Assembly (NCBI GenBank): GCA_032718475.1
Contig: JAUCBJ010002319.1
Location: 1-38,812 of the forward strand
Source of the DNA: Nemertoderma westbladi
Lineage: Eukaryota > Animalia > Xenacoelomorpha
Length of the DNA stretch: 38,812 nt
Reading direction: 5' to 3'
Shown here: in pieces, positions 11,699-23,000 of the stretch
Numbering within the stretch: position 1 is the stretch's first letter
Layout of the letters: every line of letters starts with the position of its first letter
Notes under the pieces: model-generated
The model's input: only the letters and a program-made list of their open reading frames with translations
Database searches by the model: none
Told to the model about the DNA's origin: nothing
Program-made: the position numbers and the translations under genes

Positions 11699-11766
11699 TC
11701 TGTCGGTTCCAACCGCACTCCCCAATATATTTACTAACTCTGTCATTTTCGGCCGCACTCCCCAAT
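11699..11766. repeat. Two-copy duplication (40-bp period) across the exon C donor
   Basis: Exon end ATTGGGGAGTGCGGCCGAAAATGACAGA (11766-11739) versus intronic ATTGGGGAGTGCGGTTGGAACCGACAGA (11726-11699), 23/28 identical. Confidence 0.85.
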
Positions 11767-11888
11767 GCATTCTCAGTCCTCGCTAGCTGACTGCTGACCG
11801 ATAGAACCAACTTCATTATCGTATCCAATTCGTTGATATAGTTGGTGTAACGAATGACGTCAGATGAAGGGCACAATTGCTTGACGAC
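11739..11888 (-). CDS. Shroom: Shroom-family gene, coding exon C (ASD2 core)
   Basis: Acceptor ttctatatcccag|GTC; donor AGA|GTTAGT; 150 nt, phase 0/0. Encodes VVKQLCPSSDVIRYTNYINELDTIMKLVLSVSSQLARTENALGSAAENDR, matching the ASD2 motif CxxxExxKYxxFIGDLDKVVxLLLSLSGRLARVENAL. Confidence 0.92.
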
Positions 11889-12054
11889 CTGGGATATAGA
11901 ATGTCCAGATTAATTAGTTTAAATATATAAGTTAATCACCAGAAGTAGAAAATGTTGTCAGTAGATATTCACAAAAGCACCACAATCTATAGAGCAAAAT
12001 CAATAGAGACAAATATGTTTCGCATACTCAATCTCCATCCATCGCAAACACCTA

Positions 12055-12450
12055 AACTCTGGATGGCACTTACAAAATAATGCTACGCCGGGTTTATTGT
12101 GTCAAGTACAATGCACACATCTCCAACCAGACACTATACAACATTGGAGGTGTTCCATTAGTCTCCCCTAGCTTTACACTTGTGAACGGAACCGCCTCCG
12201 CTTTGCAGGACATTGCTTTCGCTGTGAGGACCAGCCAGTGCATAATCTTGTACTTTGGCAGCCTCTTGGAGAGAATAAGCATGGTGGACAGCCCATGACT
12301 TTCTTGAGACGCATCTTAAAGGACACTGGCCTTGAAGATGAGGATAATCTCGCGAAAGTCATGGGATAGTTGTTGTGGCGGTGCAATTTGTCAACAAGCC
12401 GGCACAGCATTCTTATTGCAGCTGGGGTGCCGCATACTGATTATAGGTAG
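12055..12450 (+). mobile_element. RTE-like LINE 3' fragment, same family as 4775-5085, in intron B-C
   Basis: Encodes DGTYKIMLRRVYCVKYNAHISNQTLY, then a frameshift to RLRFAGHCFRCEDQPVHNLVLWQPLGENKHGGQPMTFLRRILKDTGLED. Clear nucleotide similarity to the reverse complement of 4845-5075. Boundaries approximate. Confidence 0.8.
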
Positions 12451-12465
12451 CATACATGTAAATTA

Positions 12466-15156
12466 GTTACCTTAGTAACACTCGGACCCAGCTGTTCGTT
12501 ACCTTAGTAACACTCGCACCCAGCTGTTCGTTACCTTAGTAACACTCGCACACAGCTGTTCGTTACCATAGTAACACTCGCACCGAGCTGTTCGTTACCT
12601 TAGTAACACTCGCACCCAGCTGTTCGTTACCTTAGTAACACTCGCACCCAGCTGTTCGTTACCATAGTAACACTCGCACACAGCTGTTCGTTACCTTAGT
12701 AAGACTCGCACACAGATGTTCGTTACCTTAGTAAGACTCGCACACAGCTGTTCGTTACCTTAGTAACACTCGCACACAGATGTTCGTTACCTTAGTAACA
12801 CTCGCACACAGCTGTTCGTTACCTTAGTAACACTCGCACCCAGCTGTTCGTTACCTTAGTAACACTCGCACACAGATGTTCGTTACCTTAGTAACACTCG
12901 CACCCAGCTGTTCGTTACCTTAGTAACACTCGCACCCAGCTGTTCGTTACCTTAGTAACACTCGCACACAGATGTTCGTTACCTTAGTAAGACTCGCACA
13001 CAGCTGTTCGTTACCTTAGTAACACTCGCACACAGATGTTCGTTACCTTAGTAACACTCGCACCCAGCTGTTCGTTACCTTAGTAACACTCGCACCCAGC
13101 TGTTCGTTACCTTACTAACACTCGCACCCAGCAGTTCGTTACCTTAGTAACACTCGCACCCAGCTGTTCGTTACCATAGTAACACTCGCACACAGCTGTT
13201 CGTTACCTTAGTAACACTCGCACCCAGCTGTTCGTTACCTTAGTAACACTCGCACCCAGCTGTTCGTTACCATAGTAACACTCGCACACAGCTGTTCGTT
13301 ACCTTAGTAAGACTCGCACCCAGCTGTTCGTTACCTTAGTAAGACTCGCACCCAGCTGTTCGTTACCTTAGTAACACTCGCACCCAGCTGTTCGTTACCA
13401 TAGTAACACTCGCACACAGCTGTTCGTTACCTTAGTAACACTCGCACCCAGCTGTTCGTTACCTTAGTAACACTCGCACCCAGCTGTTCGTTACCATAGT
13501 AACACTCGCACACAGCTGTTCGTTACCTTAGTAAGACTCGCACACAGATGTTCGTTACCTTAGTAACACTCGCACACAGCTGTTCGTTACCTTAGTAAGA
13601 CTCGCACACAGATGTTCGTTACCTTAGTAACACTCGCACACAGCTGTTCGTTACCTTAGTAACACTCGCACCCAGATGTTCGTTACCGTAGTAACACTCG
13701 CACACAGCAGTTCGTTACCTTAGTAACACTCGGACCCAGCTGTTCGTTACCTTAGTAACACTCGCACACAGATGTTCGTTACCTTAGTAACACTCGCATA
13801 CAGCAGTTCGTTACCTTAGTAACACTCGCACCCAGCTGTTCGTTACCTTAGTAACACTCGCACCCAGCTGTTCGTTACCATAGTAACACTCGCACACAGC
13901 TGTTCGTTACCTTAGTAACACTCGCACACAGCTGTTCGTTACCTTAGTAACACTCGCACCCAGCTGTTCGTTACCTTAGTAACACTCGCACCCAGCTGTT
14001 CGTTACCTTAGTAACACTCGCACCCAGCTGTTCGTTACCATAGTAACACTCGCACCCAGCTGTTCGTTACCTTAGTAACACTCGCACCCAGATGTTCGTT
14101 ACCGTAGTAACACTCGCACACAGCAGTTCGTTACCTTAGTAACACTCGGACCCAGCTGTTCGTTACCTTAGTAACACTCGCACCCAGCTGTTCGTTACCA
14201 TAGTAACACTCGCACACAGCTGTTCGTTACCTTAGTAACACTCGCACACAGATGTTCGTTACCTTAGTAACATTCGCATACAGCAGTTCGTTACCTTATT
14301 AACACTCGCACCCAGCTGTTCGTTACCTTAGTAACACTCGCACCCAGCTGTTCGTTACCATAGTAACACTCGCACACAGCTGTTCGTTACCTTAGTAACA
14401 CTCGCACCCAGCTGTTCGTTACCTTAGTAACACTCGCACCCAGCTGTTCGTTACCTTAGTAACACTCGCACACAGCTGTTCGTTACCTTAGTAACACTCG
14501 CACCCAGCTGCTCGTTACCTTAGTACCACTCGCACACAGATGTTCGTTACCTTAGTAACACTCGCACCCAGCTGCTCGTTACCTTAGTAACACTCGCACC
14601 CAGCTGTTCGTTACCTTAGTAACACTCGCACCCAGCTGTTCGTTACCATAGTAACACTCGCACCCAGCTGTTCGTTACCTTAGTAACACTCGCACACAGA
14701 TGTTCGTTACCTTAGTAACACTCGCACCCAGCTGTTCGTTACCATAGTAACACTCACACACAGCTGTTCGTTACCTTAGTAACACTAGCACACAGATGTT
14801 CGTTACCTTAGTAACACTCGCACCCAGCTGTTCGTTACCTTAGTAACACTCGCACACAGCTGTTCGTTACCTTAGTAACACTCGCACACAGCTGTTCGTT
14901 ACCTTAGTAACACTCGCACCCAGCTGTTCGTTACCATAGTAACAATCACACACAGCTGTTCGTTACCTTAGTAATACTCGCACACAGCTGTTCGTTACCT
15001 TAGTAACACTCGCACACAGCTGTGCGTTACCTTAGTAACACTCGCACACAGCTGTTCGTTATCTTAGTAACACTCGCACCCAGCTGTTCGTTACCGTAGT
15101 AACACTAGCACACAGCTGTTCGTTACCTTAGTAACACTAGCACCCAGTTGTTCGTT
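12466..15156. repeat. 32-bp minisatellite spanning the exon B donor, about 84 units
   Basis: Minus-strand unit GAACAGCTGGGTGCGAGTGTTACTAAG|GTAAC. The first unit is the 3' end of exon B, and the last unit continues into unique intron sequence (GTAACTAATT). Confidence 0.97.
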
Positions 15157-15310
15157 TTCTTCAACCTCATCATCAATGTTTATCCTTTCCATCTCCAAAC
15201 TCTTCAACCTCCCTTTCAATCTCTTCACAAGCTCCAGTTGTTTGCGCCGCAACGTTGCCTTACTAATTGCTGATTGGCTGGACTCCAATAAGACGGTTTC
15301 TATAGATATT
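15127..15310 (-). CDS. Shroom: Shroom-family gene, coding exon B (start of ASD2 domain)
   Basis: Acceptor tttaccgtctccatacag|A; donor AAG|GTAACG. Encodes (R)ISIETVLLESSQSAISKATLRRKQLELVKRLKGRLKSLEMERINIDDEVEENEQLGASVTK, resembling the ASD2 N-terminal helix pattern KxELxxxLxxKLxxL...NxxLGxxV. Confidence 0.88.
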
Positions 15311-15387
15311 CTGTATGGAGACGGTAAATAAAGTCAATATTTTTTAAACATACACAAACTTTATTTATTAATTCGATACATACAATA

Positions 15388-16845
15388 AGAGATCAGTTTG
15401 GGAGTACCAACCTTGGGATAGATATTAGTTTGGGAGTACCAACCTTGGGATAGAGATCAGTTTGGGAGTACCAACCTTGGGATAGAGGTGAGTGTGGGAG
15501 AACCATCCTTGGGGTAGAGATCAGTGTGGGACTACCAACGTTGGGATATAGATCAGTGTGGAAGAACCAACCTTGGGATAGAGATCAGTGTGGGAGAACC
15601 AACCTTGGGATAGAGATCAGTTTGGGAGAACCAACCTTGGGATAGAGATCAGTTTGGGAGAACCAACCTTGGAATAGAGATACGTGTGAGAGAACCAACT
15701 TTGGGATAGAGATATGTGTGGGAGAACCAACCTTGGGATAGAGATCAGTTTGGGAGAACCAACCTTGGGATAGAGATCAGTTTGGGAGAACCAACCTTGG
15801 AATAGAGATACGTGTGAGAGAACCAACCTTGGGATAGAGATCTGTTTCGGAGTACCAACCTTGGGATAGAGATACGTGTGGGAGAACCAACATTGGGATA
15901 AAGATCAGTTTGTGAGAACCAACATTGGGTTAAAGATCAGTTTGTGAGAACCAACCTTGGGATAGATATCAGTTTTGGAGAACCAATATTAGGATAGAGA
16001 TCAGTGTGGGAGAACCAACTTTGGGATAGAGATCAGTTTGGGAGAACCAACCTTGGGATAGAGATCAGTTTGGGAGAACCAACCTTGGGATAGAGATCAG
16101 TTTGGGAGAACCAACCTTGGGATGGAGATCAGTTTGGGAGAACCAACATCAGGATAGAGATCATTTTATGAGAACCAACCATGGGATAGAGATCAGATTG
16201 GGTGAACCAACCTTGGGATGGAGATACGTGTGGGAGAACCAACTTTGGGATAGAGATCAGTGTGGGAGTACCAACCTTGGGATAGAGATACGTGTGGGAG
16301 CACCAACTTTGGGATAGAGATCAGTGTGATAGAGAACCAACCTTGGGATAGAGATACGTGTGGGAGAACCAAACTTGGGATATAGATCAGTGTAGGAGAA
16401 CCAACCTTGAGATATAGATCAGTGTAGGAGAACCAACCTTGGGATAGAGATACGTGTGGGAGAACCAACCTTGGGATAGAGATACGTGTGGGAGCACCAA
16501 CTTTGGGATAGAGATCAGTGTGATAGAGAACCAACCTTGGGATAGAGATACGTGTGGGAGAACCAATCTTGGGATATAGATCAGTGTAGGAGAACCAACC
16601 TTGGGATATAGATCAGTGTAGGAGAACCAACCTTGGGATAGAGATCAGTTTGGGAGAACCAACCTTGGGATAGAGATCAGATTGGGAGAACCAACCTTGG
16701 GATAGAGATACGTGTGGGAGAACCAACCGTGGGATAGAGATCAGTTTGGGAGAACCAACCTTGGGATATAGATCAGTGTAGGAGAACCAACCTTGGGATA
16801 GAGATACGTGTGGGAGAACCAACCTTGGGATAGAGATCAGTTTTG
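15388..16845. repeat. 32-bp minisatellite spanning the exon A donor, about 45 units
   Basis: Minus-strand unit CCCAAACTGATCTCTATCCCAAG|GTTGGTTCT. The first unit is the 3' end of exon A. Confidence 0.97.
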
Positions 16846-16957
16846 GATTCGGTTTATTTAAACTCCGTCTGGAACTTTTACGTCGCAGCAACGATTTATC
16901 ACTAATATCGGCGAAACCTTCGGTAAGAGATTCGGTTGTCTTTACTGGAAGTAGAAC
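16824..16957 (-). CDS. Shroom: Shroom-family gene, internal coding exon A (upstream of ASD2)
   Basis: Acceptor ttgtttttttaag|GTT at 16959-16958. Translates VLLPVKTTESLTEGFADISDKSLLRRKSSRRSLNKPNPKLISIP+AG. Donor AAG|GTTGGT. The 134 nt end in phase 2, matching the phase needed by exon B. No domain similarity by itself. Confidence 0.7.
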
Positions 16958-17062
16958 CTTAAAAAAACAAATCGGGGAACTAAAATATGTAGGAAAACAA
17001 GAAGAACATTGAGTAGAGCGTTAATAAGAGGAAACAATACCTTGGTAGAAGCAGTGGGAAAC

Positions 17063-20000
17063 ATGTAATGTTACGTTTTAAACAAAGTAAGGGTATGTTT
17101 GGGTCTATGTAATGGTACGTTTGGAGCAATGTAAGGGTACGTTTCGGTCTATGTAATGTTACGTTTGGACCAATGTAATGGTACGTTTCGGTCTATGTAT
17201 TGTTGCGTTTAGACCAATGTAATGGTACGTCTCGGTCTATGTAATTTTGCGTTTGGACCAATGTAATGGTACGTTTAGGGCAATGTAATGTTACGTTTGG
17301 ACCAAAGTAAGGGTACGTTAGTGTCTATTTCATGTTGCGTTTGGACCAAAGTAAGGGTACGTTTGGGTCTATATATGTATTGTTGCGTTTGGACCAAAGT
17401 AAGGGTACGTTTGGGGCTATGTAATGTTGCGTTTGGACCAAAGTAAGGGTGCGTTTGGGTCTATGTAATGTTACGTTTTAACCAAAGTAAGGGTACGTTA
17501 GGGTCTATTTCATGTTACGTTTGGACCAATGTAAGGGTACGTTTGGGTCTATGTAATGTTGCGTTTGGACCAATTTAAGGGTACGTTTGGGTCTATGTAA
17601 TGTTGCGTTTGGACCAATGTAAGGGTACGTTTGGGTCTATGTAATGTTGCGTTTGGACCAATGTAAGGGTTCGTTTGGGTCTATGTAATGTTGCGTTTGG
17701 ACCAAAGTAAGGGTACGTTTGGGTCTATGTAATGTTACGTTTGGACCAAAGTAAGGGTACGTTTGGGTCTATGTAATGTTGCGTTTGGACCAAAGTAAGG
17801 GTACGTTTGGGTCTATATATGTAATGTTGCGTTTGGACCAATGTAAGGGTTCGTTTGGGTCTATGTAATGTTGCGTTTGGACCAAAGTAAGGGTTCGTTT
17901 GGGTCTATGTAATGATGCGTTTGGACCAAAGTAAGGGTACGTTTTGGTCTATGTAATGGTGCGTTTGGACCAATGTAAGGGTACGTTTGTGTCTATGTAA
18001 TGTTGCGTTTGGACCAATGTAAGGGTACGTTTGGGTCTATGTAATGATGCGTTGGGACCAATGTAAGGGTACGTTTGGGTCTATGTAATGATGCGTTGGG
18101 ACCAATGTAAGGGTACGTTTGGGTCTATTTCATGTTGCGTTTGGACCAAAGTAAGGGTTCGTTTGGGTCTATGTAATGTTGCGTTTGGACCAAAGTAAGG
18201 GTACGTTTGGGTCTATTTCATGTTGCGTTTGGACCAAAGTAAGGGTTCGTTTGGGTCTATGTAATGATGCGTTTGGACCAATGTAAGGGTTCGTTTGTGT
18301 CTATTTCATGTTGCGTTTGGACCAATGTAAGGGTACGTTTGGGTCTATGTAATGTTGCGTTTGGACCAATGTAAGGGTACGTTTGGGTCTATTTCATGTT
18401 GCGTTTGGACCAAAGTAAGGGTTCGTTTGGGTCTATGTAATGTTGCGTTTGGACCAAAGTAAGGGTACGTTTGGGTCTATTTCATGTTGCGTTTGGACCA
18501 ATGTAAGGGTACGTTTGGGTCTATGTAATGTTGCGTTTGGACCAATGTAAGGGTACGTTTGGGTCTATTTCATGTTGCGTTTGGACCAAAGTAAGGGTTC
18601 GTTTGGGTCTATGTAATGTTGCGTTTGGACCAAAGTAAGGGTTCGTTTGGGTCTATGTAATGTTGCGTTTGGACCAAAGTAAGGGTTCGTTTGGGTCTAT
18701 GTAATGTTGCGTTTGGACCAAAGTAAGGGTTCGTTTGGGTCTATGTAATGTTGCGTTTGGACCAATGTAAGGGTACGTTTGGGTCTATGTAATGTTGCGT
18801 TTGGACCAAAGTAAGGGTTCGTTTGGGTCTATGTTATGTTGCGTTTGGACCAAAGTAAGGGTTCGTTTGGGTCTATGTAATGTTGCGTTTGGACCAAAGT
18901 AAGGGTACGTTTGGGTCTATGTAATGATGCGTTTGGACCAAAGTAAGGGTTCGTTTGGGTCTATGTAATGTTGCGTTTGGACCAAAGTAAGGGTTCGTTT
19001 GGGTCTATGTAATGTTGCGTTTGGACCAAAGTAAGGGTTCGTTTGTGTCTATGTAATGTTGCGTTTGGACCAAAGTAAGGGTTCGTTTGTGTCTATATAT
19101 GTTATGTTGCGTTTGGACCAATGTAAGGGTACGTTTGGGTCTATGTAATGTTGCGTTTGGACCAAAGTAAGGGTTCGTTTGGGTCTATGTAATGATGCGT
19201 TTGGACCAATGTAAGGGTACGTTTGGGTCTATGTAATGTTGCGTTTGGACCAAAGTAAGGGTTCGTTTGTGTCTATATATGTTATGTTGCGTTTGGACCA
19301 ATGTAAGGGTACGTTTGGGTCTATGTAATGTTGCGTTTGGACCAAAGTAAGGGTTCGTTTGTGTCTATGTAATGTTGCGTTTGGACCAAAGTAAGGGTTC
19401 GTTTGGGTCTATGTAATGTTGCGTTTGGACCAAAGTAAGGGTTCGTTTGTGTCTATGTAATGTTGCGTTTGGACCAAAGTAAGGGTTCGTTTGTGTCTAT
19501 ATATGTTATGTTGCGTTTGGACCAATGTAAGGGTACGTTTGGGTCTATGTAATGTTGCGTTTGGACCAAAGTAAGGGTTCGTTTGGGTCTATGTAATGAT
19601 GCGTTTGGACCAATGTAAGGGTACGTTTGGGTCTATGTAATGTTGCGTTTGGACCAAAGTAAGGGTACGTTTGGGTCTATGTAATGTTGCGTTTGGACCA
19701 ATGTAAGGGTTCGTTTGGGTCTATGTAATGTTGCGTTTGGACCAAAGTAAGGGTTCGTTTGGGTCTATGTAATGTTGCGTTTGGACCAATGTAAGGGTAC
19801 GTTTGGGTCTATATATGTAATGTTGCGTTTGGACCAAAGTAAGGGTTCGTTTGGAGCAATGTAAGGGTACGTTTGGGTCTATATATGTTATGTTGCGTTT
19901 GGACCAATGTAAGGGTACGTTTGGGTCTATTTCATGTTGCGTTTGGACCAAAGTAAGGGTACGTTTGGGTCTATTTCATGTTGCGTTTGGACCAAAGTAA

Positions 20001-23000
20001 GGGTTCGTTTGGGTCTATGTAATGTTGCGTTTGGACCAATGTAAGGGTACGTTTGGGTCTATATATGTAATGTTGCGTTTGGACCAAAGTAAGGGTTCGT
20101 TTGGAGCAATGTAAGGGTACGTTTCGGTCTATGTAATGTTACGTTTGGACCAATGTAATGGTACGTTTCGGTCTATGTATTGTTGCGTTTAGACCAATGT
20201 AATGGTACGTCTCGGTCTATGTAATTTTGCGTTTGGACCAATGTAATGGTACGTTTAGGGCAATGTAATGTTACGTTTGGACCAAAGTAAGGGTACGTTA
20301 GTGTCTATTTCATGTTGCGTTTGGACCAAAGTAAGGGTACGTTTGGGTCTATATATGTATTGTTGCGTTTGGACCAAAGTAAGGGTACGTTTGGGTCTAT
20401 GTAATGTTGCGTTTGGACCAATGTAAGGGTACGTTTGGGTCTATGTAATGTTGCGTTTGGACCAAAGTAAGGGTTCGTTTGGGTCTATGTAATGTTGCGT
20501 TTGGACCAAAGTAAGGGTACGTTTGGGGCTATGTAATGTTGCGTTTGGACCAAAGTAAGGGTGCGTTTGGGTCTATGTAATGTTACGTTTTAACCAAAGT
20601 AAGGGTACGTTAGGGTCTATTTCATGTTACGTTTGGACCAAAGTAAGGGTACGTTTGGGTCTATGTAATGTTGCGTTTGGACCAATTTAAGGGTACGTTT
20701 GGGTCTATGTAATGTTGCGTTTGGACCAATGTAAGGGTACGTTTGGGTCTATGTAATGTTGCGTTTGGACCAATGTAAGGGTTCGTTTGGGTCTATGTAA
20801 TGTTGCGTTTGGACCAAAGTAAGGGTACGTTTGGGTCTATGTAATGTTACGTTTGGACCAAAGTAAGGGTACGTTTGGGTCTATGTAATGTTGCGTTTGG
20901 ACCAAAGTAAGGGTACGTTTGGGTCTATATATGTAATGTTGCGTTTGGACCAATGTAAGGGTTCGTTTGGGTCTATGTAATGTTGCGTTTGGACCAAAGT
21001 AAGGGTTCGTTTGGGTCTATGTAATGATGCGTTTGGACCAAAGTAAGGGTACGTTTTGGTCTATGTAATGTTGCGTTTGGACCAATGTAAGGGTACGTTT
21101 GTGTCTATGTAATGTTGCGTTTGGACCAATGTAAGGGTACGTTTGGGTCTATGTAATGATGCGTTGGGACCAATGTAAGGGTACGTTTGGGTCTATGTAA
21201 TGATGCGTTGGGACCAATGTAAGGGTACGTTTGGGTCTATTTCATGTTGCGTTTGGACCAAAGTAAGGGTTCGTTTGGGTCTATGTAATGTTGCGTTTGG
21301 ACCAAAGTAAGGGTACGTTTGGGTCTATTTCATGTTGCGTTTGGACCAAAGTAAGGGTTCGTTTGGGTCTATGTAATGATGCGTTTGGACCAATGTAAGG
21401 GTTCGTTTGTGTCTATTTCATGTTGCGTTTGGACCAATGTAAGGGTACGTTTGGGTCTATGTAATGTTGCGTTTGGACCAATGTAAGGGTACGTTTGGGT
21501 CTATTTCATGTTGCGTTTGGACCAAAGTAAGGGTTCGTTTGGGTCTATGTAATGTTGCGTTTGGACCAAAGTAAGGGTACGTTTGGGTCTATTTCATGTT
21601 GCGTTTGGACCAATGTAAGGGTACGTTTGGGTCTATGTAATGTTGCGTTTGGACCAATGTAAGGGTACGTTTGGGTCTATTTCATGTTGCGTTTGGACCA
21701 AAGTAAGGGTTCGTTTGGGTCTATGTAATGTTGCGTTTGGACCAAAGTAAGGGTTCGTTTGGGTCTATGTAATGTTGCGTTTGGACCAAAGTAAGGGTTC
21801 GTTTGGGTCTATGTAATGTTGCGTTTGGACCAAAGTAAGGGTTCGTTTGGGTCTATGTAATGTTGCGTTTGGACCAATGTAAGGGTACGTTTGGGTCTAT
21901 GTAATGTTGCGTTTGGACCAAAGTAAGGGTACGTTTGGGTCTATGTAATGTTGCGTTTGGACCAAAGTAAGGGTTCGTTTGTGTCTATGTAATGTTGCGT
22001 TTGGACCAAAGTAAGGGTTCGTTTGTGTCTATATATGTTATGTTGCGTTTGGACCAATGTAAGGGTACGTTTGGGTCTATGTAATGTTGCGTTTGGACCA
22101 AAGTAAGGGTTCGTTTGGGTCTATGTAATGATGCGTTTGGACCAATGTAAGGGTACGTTTGGGTCTATGTAATGTTGCGTTTGGACCAAAGTAAGGGTAC
22201 GTTTGGGTCTATGTAATGTTGCGTTTGGACCAATGTAAGGGTTCGTTTGGGTCTATTTCATGTTGCGTTTGGACCAAAGTAAGGGTACGTTTGGGTCTAT
22301 TTCATGTTGCGTTTGGACCAAAGTAAGGGTTCGTTTGGGTCTATGTAATGTTGCGTTTGGACCAATGTAAGGGTACGTTTGGGTCTATATATGTAATGTT
22401 GCGTTTGGACCAAAGTAAGGGTTCGTTTGGGTCTATGTAATGTTGCGTTTGGACCAAAGTAAGGGTTCGTTTGGGTCTATGTAATGTTGCGTTTGGACCA
22501 AAGTAAGGGTTCGTTTGGGTCTATGTAATGTTGCGTTTGGACCAAAGTAAGGGTTCGTTTGGGTCTATGTAATGTTGCGTTTGGACCAAAGTAAGGGTTC
22601 GTTTGGGTCTATGTAATGTTGCGTTTGGACCAAAGTAAGGGTTCGTTTGTGTCTATATATGTTATGTTGCGTTTGGACCAAAGTAAGGGTACGTTTGGGT
22701 CTATGTAATGTTGCGTTTGGACCAATGTAAGGGTACGTTTGGGTCTATGTAATGTTGCGTTTGGACCAAAGTAAGGGTTCGTTTGTGTCTATATATGTTA
22801 TGTTGCGTTTGGACCAATGTAAGGGTACGTTTGGGTCTATGTAATGTTGCGTTTGGACCAAAGTAAGGGTTCGTTTGGGTCTATGTAATGATGCGTTTGG
22901 ACCAATGTAAGGGTACGTTTGGGTCTATGTAATGTTGCGTTTGGACCAAAGTAAGGGTACGTTTGGGTCTATGTAATGTTGCGTTTGGACCAATGTAAGG

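Noticed and set aside
15291-15325. AGACGGT repeated across the exon B acceptor
   Set aside because: Only 7 bp, too short to claim an acceptor-side duplication.
15617-16534. ORFs within the 32-bp array
   Set aside because: Frame-cycling translations of the repeat with non-ATG starts. Only the exon A-proximal part could plausibly be coding.
19721-19951. 76-aa ORF in the 44-bp satellite
   Set aside because: Chance stop-free path created by TATA-insertion variants.
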